Source of the DNA: Phaeosaccion multiseriatum
Lineage: Eukaryota > Protista > Ochrophyta, other classes
Direction: 5' to 3'
NCBI GenBank assembly: GCA_965112735.1
Contig: OZ218957.1
Coordinates: 1,798,001 to 1,862,000 of the forward strand
Length of the DNA stretch: 64,000 nucleotides
The notes under the pieces were generated by a model. That model searched no databases. It was given only the letters and a program-made list of their open reading frames with translations, and was not told the origin of the DNA. Position 1 is the first letter of the stretch. The number at the start of each line of letters is the position of its first letter. The position numbers were made by a program, and so were the translations under genes. Below, piece by piece: positions 54,038-64,000 of this stretch.

Positions 54038-54730
54038 TGTGGAAGTCCGCAGTCCACAGAAGTAGTGTGTGGTGCGAGGGACAAGAAGTGTGGGCGGCAA
54101 AGATCCTGTTTGGGTTTAGGAAGGCTTGGCTGGGCGTGTGCCCCCCTTCCAATTTAAACTCAAATCTCTATGTGTAAGTGTGGCGGGGGGTCTCCGTTTT
54201 TATTTTGTTCCCTTTTCCCTTTCTCTTTTTTTTTTTAGCGCGTAGGAGCTGGGTGCCTACCTATAGGGATAGAATGGGGCGGCGAAACGTGAAGGTCGGT
54301 GACCTCAACAAGGGGACGAGAGGGAGGAGCGTGTGCCAAGTAGAGAGCACGAGGGGTGCAGAAGAAGCCCCAGGGTGGGTGGAAGAGTATGGGTCAAGCA
54401 CACGCTCGATACGGGAAGTCGATGAGGTCGATATCCGAAAGGGAACTTGGTGCGGTTTTGGCGGTGGGATAGTGGGGGGGGGGGGCACCGCATACAGGGT
54501 GCGAGTGGTGGCACAGGATACATTCGAATACATCGGCAAGGCACAGCAGGGTACAGGCAGGGTGGAAGTGGTGGCACAGGATGCAGCAGGGTGCGAGTGG
54601 CTGATGCGTGGCGAGGAGGGACACAGAGGAAGTGTTGACGAAACCAGCTGCCCATCCGGGGAGTATACTATTTTCGCACCCGTGAATTCCCCTACGACGA
54701 CACGTGAGTCTGACGGAGGGCGCCGAGAAG

Positions 54731-54951
54731 CACGAATCACGCATGTGGCGGTGTAGAGAAGCACGAATCACGCCTGTAGCGGTGCACAGAAGCACGAATC
54801 ACGCCTCCCGCGGCCGCCAGCATCAGAATCACGTTTCCCTGACTTATTATTACGCACTACGCTACGATGTCATTCATTGCCTTATTTCTGAGGCGCACCG
54901 CCGAGAATCACGAATCACGCCTGTAGCGGTGCACAAAATCACGAATCACGC
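54731..54951. repeat. Five copies of CACGAATCACGC with 31-bp period, in two blocks
   Basis: At 54731, 54762, 54793, 54909 and 54940, plus a partial GAATCACG at ~54826. Confidence 0.85.
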
Positions 54952-55140
54952 CTCCCTCAGACCCTTGCTGCCTAAAAGTAACCACTTTTGACCGCCGGGG
55001 TTTAATCTGCAGACGCGTTAGTCTCCTCCGAGCGAAGCAAAGGGACGCAGTGGATGCCCTGCGAGTGTCCTATGCCTTATCTCCCGCGCATAGATGGACC
55101 GCTGAAGACCCAACCATAGCACGTGCATAGACAGCCAAGT

Positions 55141-56378
55141 TCAGATGTTCGCCCCCCAACCCCTTCCTTCCTTCCCCCCTAATGCACCGTACTGTTCTAA
55201 GGCGAAGGGTACCAACTGGTTCCTCGCTGGGTCAGAATTGATGACCTTTCCTTGTTCCCCTACTTCCTCACCCGGCACCCCGTAGGTCACCTCCTTCCTC
55301 GGTTCCGCCTTGGAGCTTGCCGCAAGTGGCTGACGTGACGCTGCATGGCTGTTGGAGTCATTGGCCGGATCCGCTAGTATCATATAAACCAGCAGTTCCT
55401 TGCCAGTGCCATAGGGATGTCCTTCCTCCACGTCAAGTGAGTCCAGGGGCAGTACAATGTCCAGTTCCAACTGTTTCGGGATAGTCCCTTCGGCCCCTGC
55501 TTCGAAGGTAGGGCTCACCGAGCCCACCTTTTGTTACGATGTAAGGCATCCCAATGTGCCTTCAGTATTATCCGAACGTTTGGATAATACTGAAGGCATA
55601 TTGGGATGCCTTATATCGTAACATCCCTGGTCGCATGAAGAAGAGGAAGCTCTGGTTCTGGGAGACGCCCCATACCCTTCCCAGGGTCTTTGTTATGGAC
55701 ACCAAGTCTCTCTGAAGCGCGTCATGCTGCACTGTTCCTAACCCGGACGGCGTGCAGCTCAGCATCATGTGACTCGGTCTCAGCGGACACTTGGTTGGTG
55801 CTTGTGGCAGGGCCTGGAGTAGATTGCGCTCACATCCGCTCCAAGCTCCTTCCGCACCACGCTCCTTCCGCACCACGCTCCTTCTATCCGGTGTGCTCCC
55901 CCGGGGCGCATTGGCTTGAGCTAGAGCCATGCGCCAGAGCCCTTCTGCCTCTGACTGCAGTACCCAGCCTTGTTAGGGGATGACGAAGCTGCGCTTGTCC
56001 GCTTGGCTGGTGAGGTTGGTGTAGTGCTTCTGTGCCCCTCTGACCTCCGTCACCAGAGTCCTGGTAATAGGACTCCTCGTAGGTGCGATACTTCTGCTTC
56101 CCTTTCGTTCCGTTGTTGTCACTGTCATCAGGCGGATCCTCCCCCTTAAACTGAAGCATCGTCGCAAACTCATTGTACGCGGCTCTAGCCCCCCCGCGAG
56201 ATTTCTCTGGCTCCTGGCTTCTGGGCGGTAGCCCCCTCCTGGCTTCGGGCTTCTGGCCGCAGGCCAGCGCTGGCTTCTCGGCTTTCGGCCGTAATCCGTA
56301 ATCCCGCAGGCCGATGTGTAGTACCAACATGTGCACCTGGGGGGCGCTATTCGCGCAATTCTTTAATTCCGTGATCAT
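55141..56378 (-). mobile_element. Degenerate CRE-like non-LTR retrotransposon 3' half (zinc-knuckle and RLE endonuclease), frameshifted
   Basis: HMMLSCTPSGLGTVQHDALQRDL (H-x-x-x-x-C...HD), then ELDIV...DP...AA...AEPRKEVTY...LVPFALEQYGALG, split over three ORFs. Confidence 0.7.
55532..55623. repeat. 92-bp near-perfect palindrome with TG...CA ends, inserted in the retroelement remnant
   Basis: TGTTACGATGTAAGGCATCCCAATGTGCCTTCAGTATTATCCGAAC|GTTTGGATAATACTGAAGGCATATTGGGATGCCTTATATCGTAACA; three mismatches, all G.T. Confidence 0.92.
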
Positions 56379-56485
56379 TCCGCCATCCTACGCGCGGATG
56401 CGGCATAGTCGTGTGGAGGCCTATCGCGTTTGAGGCAGAGGGGGGGGGGGAGCGGAGGGAGGACAGTGGACGAGGAAGAGGCGGA

Positions 56486-59157
56486 ATGGCGGAGGTTGGG
56501 GCATCATCGATCATGGTGATCCCAGAGAAGAACGGATGGCAGGAGCACCGGTGTAGAGAGAGCGGTCGTAGATACTACCACCACGGAGCCACCGCCGCAA
56601 CTACTTGGGTGAGTGAGAGTTTGGGGTGGTCTGAGTGCAGGGGGGGGAGGAGGGGGAGCACAGCAATCATCCGGGAGTGAGCATGAGCAGCCTGCACGCC
56701 GGAGGAAGCGCCAACCAACCCCGCTCCTTCCTCTTGATCCGTGCGCACCCTCATTCAGGAACGGCCCGATGACTACATCATTCCCCCTCGGTTCGAGAGC
56801 GAGTTAAGAGCGGCTGACGAAGCGGCAGCGGCAGCAGCACAAGCAGAAGCAGCAGCAGCAGCAGCAGCAGCAGTAGCAGCGGGAGAAGCGGTTGAGGCTG
56901 GAGCATCAGCAGCAACAGCATGGCCACCTGTCCCTCCCGAGCGCACCGCCTCCATGAAGTGCGCGGCCGCCGCTGCTGCTACTGCTACACCACCAACTGC
57001 TGTAGCGCTCAATGGTGGGCTGGAGGCACATGGGGAAGGGGGGGGGGAGAGGAGGCAAGAGGAGGAGGGGGAGGAGGAGGAGGAGGAGCAGGAGGAGGAG
57101 GAGGAGGAGGAGGAGGAGGAGGAGGGGGAGGAGGAGGAGGAGGAGGGCACACACAAGGAGGGGCAGGGGCCGAATCGAGCTCGATCTGTGTCCGCGGTGC
57201 TGGAGGAGAGCCCCTCTTTAAAGGAGTGGAGCGCGGAGTTCTTGGACCTGCTGGGCTTGGGTGGGGTGGGGGGTGGGGATGGCAACGGACAGGCTGAGTC
57301 GTCGCAACAGGCCCAAACAGTGAAGACCAGCAGCAGTGACGGCAGGGACGAGGAGCTTTTGAGACTTCGCACAGCGGCGGAGATGGTCGCGCAGCCCAGT
57401 GGAAGCGAGGGCGAGGGCGCGCGCGAGGGCGAGGAGGTCAACAGCAGCGAGGCGGCGGGTAGGCGGCGTGTGAGTGCGTGTGCGGCCCCCCTTGCGGCAA
57501 AGTTCCAGCAGGTGTACGCGCTGATGCAGTCCGTGGGGAGCGAGGAGGACTGGGCGGCGCTCCTCGAAGCGGATGGTTGGGCACTGCCGAGAAGGGCCGT
57601 GGAGAGTATGGACGCCTTGTTGGGGGGGGGGGAGGGGGGCAGGCCACCCAAGGAGGGGCAGGAGGAAGGGCAGGGGGAGGAGGAGCAGGATGAGGCGGTA
57701 CAGGAGCTCTGCACCAACGCCTCCGCCACCCTGTGCCTGAGCACCGCACTGCACGAGGGCTGCTGGGCGGGTCTGCAGGTGCGTGCGTGCCCAGGGAGGC
57801 GCGGGGGGGGGTCGGGGCCTGGAGGATGGTGATGAGTCGTTCAACTCTCCAGTGGAATTGGAAAGAGGATGAACAGGGAAATGGTGCCGGTTGAGATGCA
57901 TGGTGCCGGTTGAGATGCATGACGCAGGAGCACTTGCCAACCATCCCTTTCCCCATGCGCCGCTTCGTTCCCCTACTGTTGCCTGCCCCTTGATGTCTGT
58001 CACCCTTGTTGCCTCTGTTACCTCTGGACTGTTACTTCTGTTGCCTGGGCCGATGTCAATGTCCTCAACTTCCTCGATGTCCAACTCTGCCCCCCAAAAT
58101 GTCGGTGTCCCTTCATGCCTTCCTTGCCCAGGCGGAGGCACGGGTCGGCAACCTCGCCTCCACCCTGGTACGGGCCTCGCTGCCGGGCCTCAGGGGGGGG
58201 GGGCTCAAGGGAGGTACGTGCCCAAAGTGTTTGCTTTCCTATTATAGGTACAGCGGCTGGGTGGAGATGCCTTTGTGTCTTCTTAGTTTTGTTGGTGACG
58301 AGTGGTGACTCCCCTCCCCTCCCCTCCCCTCCCCTTGCCCAAGAAGTTGCCTCACAAGGCACTGTCACCTTCAAGGAGCGGAATGGGGGGGGGGGGGGGG
58401 CTCGGATTGGGCATAGCAGTTGCAGTTTGTTTTGGTTTGTGCCTGGCCTCCACCCATCGGCAAGTAGTTTTGCGGCTCACAGTGGTGGGTGGGTGGGTGG
58501 GTGGATTGCGTGGGTTGGGGTGGGTGGATAGGGAGGGTGGGTGGATAGGGTGGGTGGGTGGATGAATGGGGTGCGTGGATTAGGTGCGTGGATTGGGTGG
58601 GTAGGGTAGGGTGAGTGGGCAGAGTTTGATCACTTCGACCACCCTTCCACCACCCCCAATGGTACTAGTGACACCTCCCTTGACACTCTTTATACCCCCT
58701 GCAACGTGCTGCTTACCACTCCCTCCTCCTCCTCATCCGCTTCCTTCCCTCCTCCCCTCCCTCCCTCACTCCCTCCCTCCCAACAGGGAGTGATGTCGAC
58801 ACCGAGCACCACCAGCTCGTGGCCTTGACCCTCCTGAACCAGCTCTTCCTCGCTGCCCAGGGTGGCCAAGTCAAGCTCCCCCGCGGGGCACACGCACACG
58901 CACACGCACACGCACACGCACACGCACACGCACACACAGACGCTGACGTAGGCACAGACAACCCCCATCTCCAACCCCACCCCCACTTGGACCTTCGACC
59001 CGTGGTGTCATTGTGCCTGGAGGCGCTGCTGGGTGGTGGAGGGGAGCGTGAGGTGCACTTTTTGCTGGCGGTGAGGGTGCTGATGGGCGTCAACGAGCTG
59101 GACTACGCCGCGAGCTGCCATCTCATGGATGTGTTGCAGACGCACCCCGCCAGGAAC

Positions 59158-59202
<45 letters not shown>

Positions 59203-59273
59203 GTGCTGTGTGCTGTGTGTGTGTGTTTATGTGTGAGTGTGCGTGTGCGTGTGTGTGTGCTGTGTGCTGTGTG

Positions 59274-59304
<31 letters not shown>

Positions 59305-60206
59305 CGTGCAGCTTCCACCCCATACCTTTAATTTAAAAAAAAAACCGCCCCACACGCATGAATGGATGCACCCAACTCTGCCCACTCACCCTACCCTACC
59401 CACCCAATCCACGCACCTAATCCACCCACCCCATTCACCCACCCACCCACCCTATCCACCCACCCACCCCATTCACCCACCCAACCCACGCAATCCACCC
59501 ACCCCACCCACCACACCCACCAAAACAGCATGTCGGAGGCGCTCCTACACGTGCTCAACGACTCGGATTCCCTCAGCGGCGCCCCCCTGGAGACTCTGGC
59601 GTGTGTGCACCTGTGCCAGGACGTGCTCGAGGCGTCCACAGAACTCGCCACGGGATTGTTCTACGCCAATGACGTCATCGTCTTGGTGGACATTGTACTG
59701 AGGGAGGTGAGCAGCTCATTGCTTAGAGGGGTGGGGCCCGGGCTGTATCTCCAACTGCTGGGGCTGACGCTGGGGTTGGTGTGGGTGTGCGCGTGTGTGC
59801 GTGTGATCCTCCTCCTCCTCCTGCTGCTGCTGCTGCCCATCTTGAGCGCATCTTCCTGACTTGCTTTCCACGCCCCCCCCCCCCCCCCCCTAAGACCCTA
59901 AACCGGCCCGCGGAGGACCCCCTGCGCTTCGAATACGTCCGTCTGTTGCGGCTGCTGCTCAAGGCATCGCAGGCGATCGGACAGGCATATGGGCAGCAAC
60001 AGGCGGAGGGCTACAAGGCCGATCCTCTGCGGCAGTTGCTCAGCGGCCTGCGGGAGGAGACGAGGCACTGCATGGCGGAGGAGGGGCAGGAGGGGGGTGG
60101 GGGAGAGGGTAGCCTCGACAAGACGCAACAGACGGAGGAGAGGCGGCGGGTGGGGGCCGAGGTGCTGCGCATCGAGGAGGAGAGCGGGCATCTGCTAGGC
60201 CTGTAA
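56486..60206 (+). CDS. WW-domain plus SPIN90/Ldb17 (NCKIPSD/DUF2013-like) domain protein, multi-exon
   Basis: GWQEHRCRESGRRYYHHGATAATTW|ERP (WW). C-terminal LFYANDVIVLVDIVLRE|TLNRPAEDPLRFEYVRLL matches the SPIN90/Ldb17 signature. Confidence 0.8.
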
Positions 60207-61160
60207 CGCCTGGCTGCATCGGGATATTGAATGCCCTTTTTAGCATACTACGGCATTCATTCTTGTCATTAAGTCCTAGAGGTTCAAGCAAAGACGGACG
60301 ATCTTGGTATCTTTGGTATCTGTGTGGCTGGGCGTGAGAGTAGTGAGAGGATGCATGAATTTTTTGGTCCAGGGGTAGACCAGCAGCAGCAGGAGGAGCG
60401 AGGGGTGGAGCACAGAGCAAGAGCGTAGGTAGGTAGGTAGGTAGGTAGGAAGGAAGGAAGGAGGAAAAGAGAGAGAGAGGGGAAGAAGAGGAGTAGTAGC
60501 TACAGTATGGTCAATGGGGAGCTCGTACTATCACAACAGGTCGTCGTTGTCGGTAGCCATCGGCTCGCCCGGGGTGCGTAAAAAAAAAAATACGTAAATT
60601 ATGTCAATGATAATCACATAATCACCGCTCCCTCCAAACCGAAAACTTACCTGTGGCGCGAAATTCTGCTGCCACAACCCTCTCTTATAGGGTAGCACTG
60701 TGAAAGCTCAGGAGAGCAACGCAGGCCACTTGGGCACGAGCAGGGCAGAGTGGGGACCGCGCAGCGGTAGATTGGGAGCAGGCTTTTTTGTAGAGAAAGG
60801 GAGAAATACCCCTCTTCTGTTCCAAGGTTGGGGATGAAAGTGCTTTGAGAGGAAGGGCGGATTTGGGAAACGAGAACGTGTAGCCGTGGCAGGAAAGGCG
60901 AGGTTGGAATGGTGGCACAGACACACACCCCAGTGCATGGAGACGTCTGCAGCAGCATATAGAGAAAAAAAGGCGGGGAGCCTGTTTCGGGCTGTCTTGC
61001 CCTCGAATTCTGCCGCTGTTCGAGTGGGACGGAGAGTTGACAGGTCAAGTGGCAGCAGCAGCAGCAGCGCTGCACTCCCCAGACTACGAGAGAGAGAGCA
61101 CTATGAGTCTAACAAGCGGCCAGTAGCACACCACGCCAGTCTCGCTAGCGAGCAGTAAGG

Positions 61161-61930
61161 ATGAGTGAGAGCACGACAACGAACACGAGCATCCTAACGA
61201 CAGCACTCACAAGCGCCTCCGAGCCGAGCGTAGGGAGGCAGAGATGGAGTATCTGGGGGGGAGGAGAGGAGTCCACTGTTGCTTCAGCCACCATTGCAGA
61301 GGAGTCATCCACAGTAGCGTCCTCAGCGGCCTCGCTATGGACTGCGTCGACTGGGCCTCGGCCAGCGCCGCCGGGCCCGTGGGAGGCATCGCAGAAGGCG
61401 TCTAGAGCAGCAGCAGCAGCAGCAGCAGGATCAGCACCGCGAGACTGTCCGCTGGAGGAGGAGGAGGATGATGAAGAGAAGGAGGAAGAGGAGCAGGAGG
61501 AATGGAGCTACACCAGCATGGGTCCTGTGCAAGCGGGGGGACGAGCACCATTGTCCGGCTCCAATGTTGGTGTGGGTGAGAAGAAGCAGCAACAGCAACA
61601 GCAGCAGGAGCAACAGGAGCAGAAGCAGGAGAAGAAGATAGGGGAGCACCTGGAGAAGAATGGGGGGCAGGGCGCCAGCAGCAAAAAGTCGCAGGGGAAC
61701 AAGAAGAAGCGGAAAGACTTTGAAATGGACCTTGACGAGGGAAACGGAGACGCAGCAGCTGGTGATAAAGCAGCAGCCCCAGCCCCAACCCGCAAGTGTG
61801 ACCGCCTGTTCGTGCGGCACTTCACGGCCAAGTGGCTGTGTGAGCTTGGGAAGGCCGTTGCCCACCGACCTCTCCTGACCATCTTCACTACCCTCATAGG
61901 TGTGTGTGCGCGTGTGTGGGCGTGTGTGGG

Positions 61931-61961
<31 letters not shown>

Positions 61962-64000
61962 TGCATGCATGTGTGTGTGCTCTCCTCTCTCTTTCCTACC
62001 CTTACCTCTCTCCCCAACCCCTGTAATCCCACACAAACAAACAAACCTTCACCCCAATCCCCCCCCCCCCCAACCCAACCCAACCCAACCCAACCCAACC
62101 CAACCCAACCCAACCCAACTCAACCCAACCCAACCCAACCCAACCCAACCCAACCCAACCTAACCCAAACAGTGGTGGGTTGTCTATCCCTCGGCGTGCT
62201 TTGGATGCCGGTAGACCTCCGTCTCTTCGACCTCTTTGTGCCCGCCAAGAGCGCCAGCATGAGGGGCCGCAGCCTGCACAACGACGTCTTTGGGGAGATC
62301 GAGGTGGAGACCGTCCTGGTCGTCGCCAAACCAGACGGGCCTTACCAAGGGGAATTGCTTCAAGCAGGGGCCCTCCTTGAAACCCTGGACATTTATGATG
62401 AGGTGACGCAGCGTGGCAGGAGTGATAGGGGGCACGGGTATGAGGATGTTTGTTCACGCACAAGCTCCGGCGCGTGCAACCCACAGACGCTGCATGGCTT
62501 GTGGGGTTGGGAGAGGGAAACCATTGCAGCACTCTCTCGGGAGCAAATCACTGCCTCGGTTAGTGCCCCGCTACTGCAGCTCTCCACAGGCACCTTCCTG
62601 CCGCGAGAGGCGCTGCTAGGGGGCGTTACGCTCTCAGATGGCGATGGCAGTAGCACCAACAGCAGTGATACTGTCAATGGTATCGGCGGCATCACTGCTA
62701 TTATCAGTGATATGTCTGGTGTCAGTAGCCTCGGTAATTTAGGTGTTAGTTTTAGCGGCGAAGTGGTCACGGGGGCCCGTGCCATGATGATGGTGTTTCC
62801 GCTGGACGAAACGCGGGGTCCGGGCAGATCTGGCGTCAGGGCCTTCGATCAGGACGTGTTCCTGCGAGCCTGTGTGGAGCGGGAGGAGAGTCCTGGGGTG
62901 GAGTTGTACTGCATGGGTACAACAACGGTTGAGGTGGGTGGGTGGGTGAGGGAGGGAAGGAAGTACACACACGCACGCACACACACACATACACACACAC
63001 TTACGCTGCTGACACACTTGACACTCATATTCGCAGGTGGAGTCTAAGGCGGCGCTGGAGGAAGACCGAGACATCATGGCGTACTCCATCATCATCCAGG
63101 TACGGTCACAAATGGCAGGGCCGGGTTGGGTGGAGATAGGGTGGAAGGAGAGCCTCCCAGTCCGTACCGTCGACCATTTGAACCCTTTGGCTTGGCTGAC
63201 GACCTTCCTCTGGACCTGCCTCCGCTCCCATCTCTGCCCGCGTGCGTGTGTTTGTGTGTGGCGTGCTTGTGTATTTATGTATATTATATGTGTGCTGCGT
63301 GCGTGTGTGCGTGCGTGTGTTTTGTGTGCGTCCTCCCATCCCATCGAAGGTGGTGTTCATCGCAGTCATCATGGGGGGTGTACACTGGATCCGCAGTCAA
63401 ATGCTGCTGGCGTTGTCCGTGGTGCTCGTGGTGGTCATGTCTCTCGGCGTGGCCTTCGGCATGACAGGGCTGGCAGGAGTGCCTTTCACACAAGTCTCTC
63501 TCTTCAGCTTCTTCATCGTACTCGGGGTCGGGGTGGATGATATGTTCGTAGTTGTGGATTGTTACAAGCGGCTCTTGCCACATGTGCCGAAGCTTAGCGA
63601 GCGAGTGGGACTCACGTTGATGGAGGTGGGCCCGTCCATTCTCTTTACGAGCATAACGGACTGCTTGGCCTTCATCACCGGCAGTTTCATTGACGTACCG
63701 GTGAGAGACAGAGAGAGAGAGAGCGAGAGAGAGAGAGAGAGAGAGAGAGCCGGGTGGGGGGCCAGGGGGAGATAGAGCGACAGAGGGATGAGGGAGGGAG
63801 AGAGGACAGGGCTGTAAGGGCGGAGCGCACCTTCACCCTCACCCACCCAACCGACACGCCCCCCACCTCTTGCCTTGCCTTTGCTGCTCGTGCCTTGCCT
63901 TGCCTCATGGCATTATCCCACCAGGCCATATCCTATTTCTGCATCACGGCGGCCATCGCGGTAATGTCCGTCTTCTTCATCACCGTCACCTTCTTCGTAG
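61161..64000 (+). CDS. Patched/NPC1-family sterol-sensing-domain membrane protein; 3' end beyond window
   Basis: LGKAVAHRPLLTI, YEDVC...C, FIVLGVGVDDMFVVV...ERVGLTLMEVGPSILFTSITDCLAFITGSF...PAISYFC. Confidence 0.9.

Noticed and set aside
62072-62168. (CCAAC)n as a telomeric repeat or PTQPN peptide repeat
   Set aside because: Intronic microsatellite in the Patched-family gene; not a canonical telomere unit.

Overview
Eukaryotic, GC-rich, intron-rich genomic DNA, most likely from a stramenopile (ochrophyte-like) alga; the taxon is inferred from gene content. Introns are packed with microsatellites and exons with (GAG/GGA/CAG)n tracts, so most ORF-track entries are shadow ORFs. Supported genes in order: FNIP-repeat gene A (-, runs off the left edge), STK11IP/nischarin-like LRR protein (-), small FN3-CaaX protein (+), FNIP-repeat gene B (+), lipase maturation factor (-), small ankyrin protein (+), PKG-like kinase (-), SDP1/TGL4 patatin TAG lipase (-), giant ankyrin/low-complexity protein (+), triple-FEA1-domain membrane protein (-), WW + SPIN90/Ldb17 protein (+), and a Patched/NPC1-family protein (+, runs off the right edge). 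Mobile DNA: two CRE-like (RLE) non-LTR retrotransposon remnants, a 111-bp MITE, a 92-bp palindrome and a ~65-bp (TG)n-associated micro-element. The most striking signal is the inverted pair of intronless FNIP genes. Their alternating 19-aa repeats have a nearly invariant DNA framework, a hypervariable di-residue, and cassettes shuffled between paralogs, reminiscent of TALE RVDs or VLR diversification. Second is a 15-nt motif (CAGTTGGTGATACAG) recurring about 20 times in exons, in different frames and on both strands, and in introns. Exon boundaries were read by eye and are approximate unless stated.
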